Source of the DNA: an uncultured Bacteroidales bacterium | GTDB lineage: Bacteria; Bacteroidota; Bacteroidia; Bacteroidales; FEN-979 | DNA: 64,000 bases | NCBI GenBank assembly: GCA_903887775.1 | Contig: CAISRB010000016.1 | Location: 10,416-74,415 of the forward strand | Reading direction: 5' to 3' | Shown: in pieces, positions 51,896-60,519 of the stretch | Layout of the letters: every line of letters starts with the position of its first letter | How positions within the stretch are numbered: the stretch's first letter is position 1 | Notes under the pieces: model-generated | What the model was told of the DNA's origin: nothing | The model's database searches: none | Seen by the model: the letters and a program-made list of their open reading frames with translations, nothing else | Translations under genes and position numbers: made by a program

Positions 51896-52645
51896 TTATT
51901 TAATTTTTTTCATGTTCTGCTGGGAGAAGAAACTCTCATCGATGCCGGTATTGAACTTCATCTCATCAATATGCATTACAGTCTTCTGGCCTTTCTTGTT
52001 CACCGGAATCATTTCCAGTCGGGTAGGGATTTCGCGGTCTCCCATCCGCCGTATATCATAATTATTTGAAACATTCACGAGTTTATTATCCTCGTCGTAA
52101 TACTCGGCCATCCAGACATCATAACCGCTTACGGTCACCCACATGATCACCTTGCCCCAAACCACCGGGGCATCGGGAAGGGGAGTGAGTTCGATCTTGT
52201 AACAGTCCATATCCCTGACCTTCTCACGGTCCAACAGCTTATGTGTATAATCCACCACGATCGACGACTGCTTCACAAGGTCGTCGTTGGTAAAGTCGGA
52301 GCCCATCCACGATTGCAACATCATCGAAGGAGGGATCTTAATGGTTTTATCTATTGCAGGCACCCAGTTCCACATCTCGGTCTTTATCTTGAGAAATACC
52401 TGTCCCTTGTCCCTGGCAGGTGTGGTGATCAGCACAAGAGAATATTCCCTGGACTTCGACCAGGTCTTCATGGTGACAGTCCTTGTCCAGTCGGGCCGTA
52501 TCACAGTCATGGTCATGATCCCCTGGCTGGAAAGCCCGCGGTTCTTGTCGTCGGCCTTCCGGATGATCTCTTTTGCGCTCAGGCCCTGGGCGAAAGTGAG
52601 CTGCATTGAAGCCAGCATCAGAATTGTTAAAACCAGTTTTTTCAT
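51896..52645 (-). CDS. Outer membrane lipoprotein-sorting (LolA-like) protein
   Basis: P.RDKGQ.FLK, W.P.I...IKI, SWMGSDFTNDDL and FFSQQNM motifs. Confidence 0.85.
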   Translation of the reverse strand: MKKLVLTILMLASMQLTFAQGLSAKEIIRKADDKNRGLSSQGIMTMTVIRPDWTRTVTMKTWSKSREYSLVLITTPARDKGQVFLKIKTEMWNWVPAIDKTIKIPPSMMLQSWMGSDFTNDDLVKQSSIVVDYTHKLLDREKVRDMDCYKIELTPLPDAPVVWGKVIMWVTVSGYDVWMAEYYDEDNKLVNVSNNYDIRRMGDREIPTRLEMIPVNKKGQKTVMHIDEMKFNTGIDESFFSQQNMKKIK

Positions 52646-52671
52646 TTTTTTATTTGACTGCGGATGAGATT

Positions 52672-53244
52672 TTAGTATAATCCAATGATTCGTTGTTTTA
52701 TCTTATCAAGAGGGTATTTCACGGGATCGGCTATAAATTCATAGATAACGCCGCTGGTAAGGGTGCCCAGGAATGACACTTCAAGGGCCGGTTCCTTATA
52801 ACCCTGCTTTGCAAAATACCGTTCAAGCATTACCATGGGCTGATCGGCAACAGAGATGATCTCTTTTTCAAGGATCTGCAATACGGCAGGCTGACTGAAA
52901 ATAGCCATATACATTTTCCATAGCATAAGGTTGGACCTGAGGTGTTCAAAAAGCTTGTCCATGTATTTCAGCAGGGTAGTCCTGTCCAGTTCTTCTACAT
53001 GATCAGGGTTGAAGAGCCCCATCATCTCCTCCATAACCTCTCTGAAAATGGTCTTAAGTAATTCCTCCTTGCTGCTGAAATAGTTATACATCAGCCCTTT
53101 TGAGATCCCTGCATGTTTTGCGAGGTCGCTGATCGACACTGAATGATACCCGGAAGTTGCAAAACATTCGATTGCGGCGTATAGAATCTGCCTGCGCTTG
53201 CTCTCACGGATCTCTTCAAACTGTTCACTTGTTCTCGGGCACAT
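52672..53244 (-). CDS. TetR/AcrR family transcriptional regulator
   Basis: HTH motif F...GY..VSISDLAKHAGISKGLMYNYFSSKEEL. Confidence 0.92.
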   Translation of the reverse strand: MCPRTSEQFEEIRESKRRQILYAAIECFATSGYHSVSISDLAKHAGISKGLMYNYFSSKEELLKTIFREVMEEMMGLFNPDHVEELDRTTLLKYMDKLFEHLRSNLMLWKMYMAIFSQPAVLQILEKEIISVADQPMVMLERYFAKQGYKEPALEVSFLGTLTSGVIYEFIADPVKYPLDKIKQRIIGLY

Positions 53245-53250
53245 ATTTAA

Positions 53251-53274
53251 TGACTGAACGGTCGGTCAAAGATA
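53251..53274 (-). promoter_or_regulatory. Probable TetR operator (TGACTGAACGGTCGGTCA, 53251-53268) overlapping a -7 box (TATCTTTG, 53267-53274)
   Basis: 18-bp imperfect palindrome (14/18 self-complementary) between the promoter and the tetR start codon. Confidence 0.7.
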
Positions 53275-53351
53275 AAACAAATATAATTCACCGAAAACAA
53301 ATTTCAAATAATTCTTTAAATTCTTGGTAGTTTTACAACAAAAATAAGCAT

Positions 53352-53819
53352 TTGATGAAAGCATTCTTTCCTGTATTTTTTCTGTTGCTGTGTTCATTTT
53401 ATTGTTCAGCACAGATGTTCGAAATTCCAAAAAGCGACACGGCCGAAGAAAAAATATGGAAACTCGAGGAGGCCTATTTCACAAACCTCTATAAGGCCGA
53501 TTACAAGGGTGTTTTATCTCTTGTGGATGAGCAATTCCTTGGCTGGCCAGGCACACAATTAAGGCCGATCGACAAGAACGAGAGCGCAGTTTTTATGAAG
53601 AAACTCATGCACGGGCCTTCAAACTGCAGTATTAAGATTGACCGCCAGGGGATACGTTTGCTGGGGGATGTTGCATTAACCCAGTATGTCATAAAAGTCG
53701 AATGCCCCGACGATGCCGGTGGGGTAAAAAAAGTCTCATCGCGTATAACGCATACCTGGATAAAATTGGGTTCCTGCTGGAAACTTCTCGGCGGCATGAG
53801 TTACGACATCCATCCTTAA
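53352..53819 (+). CDS. Exported NTF2-like (DUF4440) protein
   Basis: Signal peptide; IW.LEE.Y, RITHTW.K..W.LLGGMS. Confidence 0.72.
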   Translation: MMKAFFPVFFLLLCSFYCSAQMFEIPKSDTAEEKIWKLEEAYFTNLYKADYKGVLSLVDEQFLGWPGTQLRPIDKNESAVFMKKLMHGPSNCSIKIDRQGIRLLGDVALTQYVIKVECPDDAGGVKKVSSRITHTWIKLGSCWKLLGGMSYDIHP

Positions 53820-53860
53820 GAGGCGATATCAAACCACCCTTCAGCCAATTTCAGGAGTGA

Positions 53861-54439
53861 TCAGTAATTATCCTCCCTTACCTGCATGTATGCTTTCGGA
53901 TGCAAACAAGCCGGGCAGTTTTCAAGGGCTTTTGCAGATTCATACACGTAGCCGCAGTTAAGGCATTTCCACCAAACCTTGCCGTCTTTCATAAACACCT
54001 TGTCTTCTGAAACGTTTTGCAGGAGTTTCAGGTACCGGCGTTCATGCTCTGCTTCAACTTTTGATATCATTTGAAAAGCGACTGCGACCTCCATGAACCC
54101 TTCCTCTTTTGCAACTTCTGCAAAGTTAGGGTACAGATCTGACCACTCTTCGTGTTCCCCTTCGGCTGCGGCTTTCAGGTTTTCTTTTGTGGTCCCGATG
54201 ATCCCTGCCGGGTAAGATGCCGTAATTTCGGTAATCCCGCCTTCGAGGAATTTGAAGAAGCGTTTTGCGTGCTCTTTTTCCTGGTTTGATGTTTCCATGA
54301 AAATGGCAGCGATCTGCTCGTAGCCTTCTTTTTTTGCGACGCTGGCAAAGAACTCATAGCGGTTCCTGGCCTGTGACTCTCCTGCAAATGATTTCAGCAG
54401 GTTCTGTTCTGTTTTTGTGCCTTTTAATGATGTTGACAT
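53861..54439 (-). CDS. rbr: Rubrerythrin
   Basis: FAGESQARNRY, EKEHA, EAEHE and C-terminal CLNCGY...CPAC.HP. Confidence 0.95.
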   Translation of the reverse strand: MSTSLKGTKTEQNLLKSFAGESQARNRYEFFASVAKKEGYEQIAAIFMETSNQEKEHAKRFFKFLEGGITEITASYPAGIIGTTKENLKAAAEGEHEEWSDLYPNFAEVAKEEGFMEVAVAFQMISKVEAEHERRYLKLLQNVSEDKVFMKDGKVWWKCLNCGYVYESAKALENCPACLHPKAYMQVREDNY

Positions 54440-54446
54440 GGTATGT

Positions 54447-55055
54447 TTATTTGTTCATTCTGTTTAATTCTTCATAAAGGTCATTCAGGTTGAATTTAAG
54501 GTTTTCAAGGGTTCCGTGCCAGCGGGGATAGTAGGAGAGCCCGATGATATCGAATTTCACGCCCCGGGCAATCATATTGTCGAGCCAGAAAACAGCCTCC
54601 TCATTTTGTCCGCCCAGGGCAAGATGCAGCATCACCGGTAGTTTCGGATCAACCGCCTCGACGCCCTCTATGCCTTTTTCCAGGCTGCATACGGCGTATT
54701 GCCGGCCTGCGGTATCAGTGAGAAAAACAAGTTCTCTGCCGTCGGCAGCCTTAAGTTTCCCTTCACCGGTCATATAAATCCGGATCGAATCCCCGGCAGA
54801 TGCAATCTCGTGCATACTGCTGTCGGTAACTGCTATTCTCAGCATTGTATGGGCTTCCCCATCGGCCAGAAGGGTAGTACTGTATGCGGTAAGCATGATC
54901 GAGGCAGGTCTGACCTGGCTGACGGGTTTCCCGTCAGCCGTATGTTTGCCCGAAATAACAAATGTTGTACAGGCAGATGTTTTATCTGCGAACAATAAAA
55001 AAACCAAGAAAACAGATATAATGATCAGTTTCTTGTCACCGGATTTTGAAATCAT
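54447..55055 (-). pseudogene. Chimeric in-frame relic: Ntn-hydrolase-type N-terminus + Ig-like domain + internal GH53 galactanase fragment
   Basis: Signal peptide-ACTTFVISGKHTADGKP / PASIMLTAYSTTLLADG..VTD / GIEGVEAVDP..VMLHLALGGQN..FDIIGLSYYPRWHGTL. Far too short for a GH53 TIM barrel. Confidence 0.65.
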
Positions 55056-55101
55056 AACAGAATCATCCTTAAGCGTGGTTGTTTCAACAGGAGCTGACTG
55101 C

Positions 55102-55692
55102 TTATAGTTTGTAATTGACCTGCACTCCACCGATAGTCCCGCTTACATCACCTCCTGTACCGCTTGAGTTAATGTTAATAGTAAGGTTGAAGTTGATGGT
55201 TTGGTCAAAACCCGTGCTGGTTACCCTGACACCGCCTCCGATCTGCATGCTGGAAGCTGTCCCAAACATGACACCCCCCGGCAGAAGTGTAAATGTCCCG
55301 GTAAGCGAAATATAAGGAGCCCCGTTCATTGTGTATGTCTGATCATTTGATTTAAACGTATACGCGTTTATCGTTTCGGTCAACCCGAGCAACATGGTAC
55401 CGTAAAGCACGGCGCTCGTATGGTCGTCGAGAGTCATTGAACCCGTAATGCTTCCCAATACATGGATGTTGCCCCCTTCCGGGCTTTGAACGGTATTGTC
55501 GACGGTCATGTTGATTGGAATCGTCGAATTAAGGTCTTTTTTATGAGTGTTCCATGTCATCCCGGCAGTGAATATAGCGCTGACGATATCTTTGTTGTCG
55601 AGACCGGTAGTTGAAGATGATGATGTGTCCTTCTTGCATGACGTCACAGAGATCAATGCAATTGCGCAAAATAATACGAGTAACTTTTTCAT
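55102..55692 (-). CDS. Beta-rich lipoprotein of unknown function
   Basis: Lipobox VTSC-KKD; Gly/Thr-rich beta strands. Confidence 0.75.
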   Translation of the reverse strand: MKKLLVLFCAIALISVTSCKKDTSSSSTTGLDNKDIVSAIFTAGMTWNTHKKDLNSTIPINMTVDNTVQSPEGGNIHVLGSITGSMTLDDHTSAVLYGTMLLGLTETINAYTFKSNDQTYTMNGAPYISLTGTFTLLPGGVMFGTASSMQIGGGVRVTSTGFDQTINFNLTININSSGTGGDVSGTIGGVQVNYKL

Positions 55693-55809
55693 TTTCTTTT
55701 TGTCAGTGATTATAGTGCTGACACCGCACTTGTTATTTTATAGAGATCTTTTTATTATATTTTCCGCAAACAAAAAGTTTCATAAATCATCGAAAAATGT
55801 ATCTATTGG

Positions 55810-56721
55810 CTATTTTCTCAGACTCCCGACCAGCTCAGCAGTAATTTCCTTTAATCCCAGCTCTTTTGCTTTTAACTCTGCCTTTTCTTTAATCGCAGAT
55901 CTTACAAAGCGGGGAGCTTCCTGCAAATATTGTGTTGCTTCAGGGGTCCATCTCAATTCAGCCGGCTCAATCACTGATCCTTTTGCTTCGATGGGGCCGG
56001 GGGACCCGCTAATTCCCACATCAACTAAAGCAGGTTCACCTCCAAAAGCGGCCTGTTCAATTACATTTACCATCGCCGCTCCGAAATTTCTCAGATAGAT
56101 ATCAAGCCCTGAATCATTGGCATGCAGGACCTGTTTATAGTGCAAAAGGCTTTCAACAGCCTGATCTGTTAAGACGGCCTCATTCAAATTACAGGCAGGT
56201 TTGTAAAACTTATCGCGCCAGTACCTTAAATACCCGCCCAGGGCATCAATGATTTTCTGTGGATCGCAGGCTTTGTATTGGCAAACGATCAGATTGGGAG
56301 AAGTGATCTCATGTAACCATTTCTGGCCTGACCCTAAATTCTCAAATTTCAGGGATTCCTGCTGATATAAACCGGAAACCAACTGATTTACTTTTTCCTT
56401 GTTGCATATTGGAATGATATCCAGTACGAAAATTGTTTTATCGGGGATCTGGCCGCCCAGCTGGAAGGTCAGAATAGGAATCCCATACCCGGGTTTTGAG
56501 TAAATATTAAGAACGATGCCATACATTTTGCTCCTGATGGTATATTGTTCCAGGACAATCCGGCTTAATTTCTCTGCTTCAAATAGCCTGAATATTGTTT
56601 CTGTTACCTGGTCCCCTTGTGTTTTATGAGCCGAATATTCCACGAATTCATGTTGCGGGATAATTTCCGCGAGTTCTTGGAATATCAGTTCCCATGCTTT
56701 GTTGATAAATTCTGACTTCAT
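55810..56721 (-). CDS. Ferredoxin-dependent bilin reductase (PcyA/PebA/RCCR)-fold protein with C-terminal PCP_red domain
   Basis: FDBR-like segments LNIYSKPGYGIPILTFQL, FVLDIIP, W..EITSP and Y...LHANDSG...Y.RNFG. The C-terminal LRWTPEATQYLQEAPRFVRSAIKEKAE..AKE.G..EIT matches the BchB/ChlB C-terminal domain pattern. Confidence 0.68.
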   Translation of the reverse strand: MKSEFINKAWELIFQELAEIIPQHEFVEYSAHKTQGDQVTETIFRLFEAEKLSRIVLEQYTIRSKMYGIVLNIYSKPGYGIPILTFQLGGQIPDKTIFVLDIIPICNKEKVNQLVSGLYQQESLKFENLGSGQKWLHEITSPNLIVCQYKACDPQKIIDALGGYLRYWRDKFYKPACNLNEAVLTDQAVESLLHYKQVLHANDSGLDIYLRNFGAAMVNVIEQAAFGGEPALVDVGISGSPGPIEAKGSVIEPAELRWTPEATQYLQEAPRFVRSAIKEKAELKAKELGLKEITAELVGSLRK

Positions 56722-56732
56722 CTGTTAATAAT

Positions 56733-57986
56733 CTATTTCCTGATCAGTCTGGATAAAACTCCTGTCGCTGAATTGTATTGTGCTGATATCTGCCAGATAT
56801 ATCCGGCGGGGGTTTGACGTACGGCCCAGAAATCATAATTCCCGTATGCCCGGTCACCGTTTACATCAAGGGTGGTATTCCCGGAAGCGCCGAAGTAATT
56901 TGACGATTCATCGACGAATGCAAGTTTAAGTGTTGCAATATCAGTTTGAGTGCCGGCAGCAAGGTAAGTTTTTACGCCCACCCATACTGCATCATATGCT
57001 GTCAGGGCATATACTTCGGGGCTTCTGCCGATGCTTGATTGTATCCTTTCGGTCAGCGGCTGCCATTTGTCTATCGCGGTTTCGTCCAGACCAAAACTAG
57101 GGCAGGGGAGGGCATGGGAAAAAGCAAACCGGCAGGCAGCGGTATCCGCGATCAAGGAAGCATTATGGGCGAAGGCTGAACTGCCATACCAGGCCACGTT
57201 ACTCAGATGCGTGTAAGCCCATGCCGAATGAAGTATGCTGGTGCCTTCACCAAGAGCACATAAATAAACAGCTATATGCTCAGAGTTGTATGTGGTCATC
57301 AGGTTATTCACATACGAGTCGGCCATTGCAAGTACGCTTGCAAAATCAGTTGTGTTGGGGCTGAATTTCACCGCGGATGATATTACGCCTCCTTTAGCAT
57401 AAAAATCTTTCGTTGTAGCTCCCAGCAGGTCGTTTCCCCATACATCGTCGCGGATAATGGGAACGATCGCCCTGATACTGTCGGCTATCAGCATGGCCGT
57501 CATTGCATGCCCCTGAATGACATCGCTTGATACAAAGCGAAAAATATTGTCGCCGGGAATGGCCAGGGAGACCGCTACACTCGAAGGGCTTACAATAAGG
57601 ATCCCATGTGTGTCGGCAAAAGGCTTGATAGCCGCAACTTCAGCGCTGCTGTATGGACCGACGAAAAGACGGATGCCTTGCCCATAGAGCAGTTTCAGCT
57701 GTTTCAGCGCTTCGGCTGTATCAGTCTTTGTGTCGGCCATCGTGATCTGAACTCTCGCATTCCGGTTGATTGAACTGAGCCAGGCATTGATATCCTGCTG
57801 GGCAAATTGAACGGCCGCCTGTGAACTCTGGCCTGTGGAAGCCCCTGACCCGGTAATTGAAAGTAATGCGCCTATCCGGAGATTCGCCTGGGATGAAGGT
57901 TTATCATGACAATCATTGTGTTTGTGGCAAGATGTGAAAAAAAATACCATTGACGCGAACAGAAGGGCGAATTTTACTTTTCTCAT
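56733..57986 (-). CDS. Type I periplasmic-binding (LivJ-like) lipoprotein
   Basis: Lipobox FTSC; IGALLSITG, VGPYSSAEV, SPSS, NIFRF, AYDAVW and GASG...D.NGDR motifs. Start at ATG 57986. Confidence 0.82.
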   Translation of the reverse strand: MRKVKFALLFASMVFFFTSCHKHNDCHDKPSSQANLRIGALLSITGSGASTGQSSQAAVQFAQQDINAWLSSINRNARVQITMADTKTDTAEALKQLKLLYGQGIRLFVGPYSSAEVAAIKPFADTHGILIVSPSSVAVSLAIPGDNIFRFVSSDVIQGHAMTAMLIADSIRAIVPIIRDDVWGNDLLGATTKDFYAKGGVISSAVKFSPNTTDFASVLAMADSYVNNLMTTYNSEHIAVYLCALGEGTSILHSAWAYTHLSNVAWYGSSAFAHNASLIADTAACRFAFSHALPCPSFGLDETAIDKWQPLTERIQSSIGRSPEVYALTAYDAVWVGVKTYLAAGTQTDIATLKLAFVDESSNYFGASGNTTLDVNGDRAYGNYDFWAVRQTPAGYIWQISAQYNSATGVLSRLIRK

Positions 57987-58055
57987 GGTGTTGTTTTTTA
58001 GTTCAGGTATGAAACCTATTTGCAATTTAAAGATGTTAAAGCCGTAATGACATAA

Positions 58056-58967
58056 TCAATGGTTTTCGGGCAAAGTTATCTTTTTGTACTGGTTGTGGAT
58101 CAGTAAGATCATCACCCCGAAAAGCACTGCTGTCACAATCAGGATAGTGTTAAGAAGCCCTTCCGAGCCAAACGAAAGTTTTATAAGGATCGTTGAGATG
58201 ATAAAGCCCGAATTCCTGATCACTTTATTGAACTTGTCGGTATGTGAAAATGAAAGTAACAGCAACAAGACATCCGTAAGGATTAGTATTGTGAAGAAAT
58301 CATTGAAAAATATTGTATTGATATCTTTGAATGAGTCAACCATGCGGGTAATTGAAATGAAACTTTGATGGATCCACCTGCCCAGACCGAATACAGCAAG
58401 GATCAGGAAAATTGGTATAAGGCACATCGCAATAATGTTTTTCATTCGGATGAATTTCAGGATCTCATCTGACAAAGGGCTGGTGTTATGCTGCTCTTCA
58501 TCCTTCCTGTCGTTCAGCCTGTAAAAAATAAAAATCAGGAAAAATAACACCAGTGTTGCTATAAGATCATAGGTGAACTTCAGATCAGAGTTTACCCTAA
58601 ACCATTCCCTTGTGAATTCCAGGTTGGCCAGGTCTTTAAAAATCCCGCGGATTAAGATCAGTGTAATGATTTCATATTGTTTCCCGATATAGATTGTGGT
58701 TGACTTCGGAAGGTAAAATACCAGGAGGTATACCTCGTATATCAGTATGAACGAGAAAGGGGTATAGATTGCAGCTATGGGGTTTGTAAATAATGTTGAG
58801 TATTCGTTAACATGCAGAAGGTTGAGGTTTACAAGTACAACGAGCAGGAGGTGAAGGATGAAACTGATGATGGCGACGGAAATAATGATTCCTTCGCTTT
58901 TTTTCCTGACCTCCTCGGAAAGAAGTTTCGAATAAAAGAATTGAACTGTTTTTTTGTTTTTTGTCAT
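58056..58967 (-). CDS. Multi-pass membrane protein of unknown function
   Basis: About 7-8 TM; AIYTPFSFIL.YE, KQYEII.LI.IR..FKD and RNSGFIISTILI. Start probably MTKNKK. Confidence 0.7.
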   Translation of the reverse strand: MTKNKKTVQFFYSKLLSEEVRKKSEGIIISVAIISFILHLLLVVLVNLNLLHVNEYSTLFTNPIAAIYTPFSFILIYEVYLLVFYLPKSTTIYIGKQYEIITLILIRGIFKDLANLEFTREWFRVNSDLKFTYDLIATLVLFFLIFIFYRLNDRKDEEQHNTSPLSDEILKFIRMKNIIAMCLIPIFLILAVFGLGRWIHQSFISITRMVDSFKDINTIFFNDFFTILILTDVLLLLLSFSHTDKFNKVIRNSGFIISTILIKLSFGSEGLLNTILIVTAVLFGVMILLIHNQYKKITLPENH

Positions 58968-58977
58968 GTCCAGCCTC

Positions 58978-60504
58978 TCATTCTTTTGCATATACGATGC
59001 TGTTATTGACCTTTACCCAGGCTCCATCTGCAGGATTAATAAGCCGCAGGGTCACTTCATGTTTTCCCTGATTTAGTTCATAATTCCAATAGATATCTGT
59101 TTTCCGGTCATGAAAGGCGGATGGCATCACGGCGGTATCTGCAGGTTTACCGTCTATGCTGATCTCGACCATGTTTATGTATTCTTTTAATTTCCTTTCA
59201 TCAGTCTTCGATTCACCCCTGATAGCAATGCCGCATCCTTCAAAGCTGAGTTGAACCAGGTCGTTTTTACTGGCCAGAGTCTGGCTTTCCCATTGACTGC
59301 CAATCATTGCCACAGGTTTGATCCCTGAAAAGCTTTTTTCAAACCTTACAGGCTGAGGGGTCTGAAGGGCAATAGTTACCTCATCCCCATTTATTTTACC
59401 CCCGTTTTTTTCTATGCTTATCAGGCAGTGCCTCAGGCTTGTCGTATAGACTTCGTTCAGGGAGTACGGTGTAAAGATTTGCTTTTTATTTTCGATAGAC
59501 TTTACAGGTTCAATAAATTTTGCAGGGATCTTATTGTAGCCGATCATTGTTCCGAGTATCCCTCCGGCATTGGCCGGGTTGCAGTCTGAATCCTGCCCGC
59601 ACCTTGTTGCAATATCAATGGTCTTTGCAAAATCACGATGGCCATAAAGAAGCCCGGTTACAATATATGCAGCATTGAGTTTAGCGTCGATGTCAAATCC
59701 TCCGAAAACGCCATCCGGGCAACCCTTATCCTCGGTCCATTTTTTTTCAGTCTCAAACCATGCCGATTTCCAATCATCCGGGTTGTTTTTATAACAATCT
59801 ATCACGGTTTGAATGCATTCACGGAATTCGCTCCGGGGGGGTATGGTTTTCAATGCTTCGGTAACAACAAACACCGGATCATCTGAAATAAAAGCCAGGG
59901 AATACATTGCTCCCACGTACACACCTCCATACCAGCCGTCGCCATAATTCATGATATGACCAACTTTATCTGAAATGGCCGATGCATAGTTGGGCATGCC
60001 TGGCGACATCAATCCGGCAAAATCTGATTCAATCTGGTAATCAATATCGTCGGCATGGGGGTTGTTTTTCCAATAGCCCGACTTCGGGGGCATAACTTGA
60101 TGAAGAATGTTGTAACGGCCAGCCTGGTTGGCGTGCCATAATTGGTATCCTGCGTGGGCAAAAACAAGCGCGAAAGAATCGACCGGAGCATCAGGTCCCA
60201 GCCTGTCGATCACTCCGACAAACGTCAGGTCCATATAGATATCATCGTTGTTATAATATTTTGCCACGATACTGCTGTCAAACTGAATAGGATAATAATC
60301 CTGTATAAGGCCGGCAAATTTGAACTCAGAGGGCCCGCCATAACATACGCCGATTGTCTGCCCTGACCAGCCTCCTTTAATTTTATCCAGTAAGCGGTCT
60401 TTTGATATTGTCATTTCCCGTTGCTGACAAAGGCCTGAAAAAGAAAAGACAAGGATCAGGGACACGGAAATAACAGATGAAGAAAAATAACATATGTTTT
60501 TCAT
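58978..60504 (-). CDS. Exported ADP-ribosylglycohydrolase-family protein
   Basis: DKIKGGW.GQ.IG, DDIYMD and CGQDSDCNPA motifs; signal peptide; C-terminal beta-sandwich. Confidence 0.82.
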   Translation of the reverse strand: MKNICYFSSSVISVSLILVFSFSGLCQQREMTISKDRLLDKIKGGWSGQTIGVCYGGPSEFKFAGLIQDYYPIQFDSSIVAKYYNNDDIYMDLTFVGVIDRLGPDAPVDSFALVFAHAGYQLWHANQAGRYNILHQVMPPKSGYWKNNPHADDIDYQIESDFAGLMSPGMPNYASAISDKVGHIMNYGDGWYGGVYVGAMYSLAFISDDPVFVVTEALKTIPPRSEFRECIQTVIDCYKNNPDDWKSAWFETEKKWTEDKGCPDGVFGGFDIDAKLNAAYIVTGLLYGHRDFAKTIDIATRCGQDSDCNPANAGGILGTMIGYNKIPAKFIEPVKSIENKKQIFTPYSLNEVYTTSLRHCLISIEKNGGKINGDEVTIALQTPQPVRFEKSFSGIKPVAMIGSQWESQTLASKNDLVQLSFEGCGIAIRGESKTDERKLKEYINMVEISIDGKPADTAVMPSAFHDRKTDIYWNYELNQGKHEVTLRLINPADGAWVKVNNSIVYAKE

Positions 60505-60519
60505 GATCTGGTGGAAGTC

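Noticed and set aside
55810-55960. PCP_red domain as evidence for a bchB gene or photosynthesis
   Set aside because: Only the ~50-aa accessory domain is present. There is no nitrogenase-like oxidoreductase domain and no bchL/bchN.
58978-60504. ADP-ribosylglycohydrolase as part of an anti-phage or DraT/DraG system
   Set aside because: It is an exported type with no ADP-ribosyltransferase or nif genes nearby.
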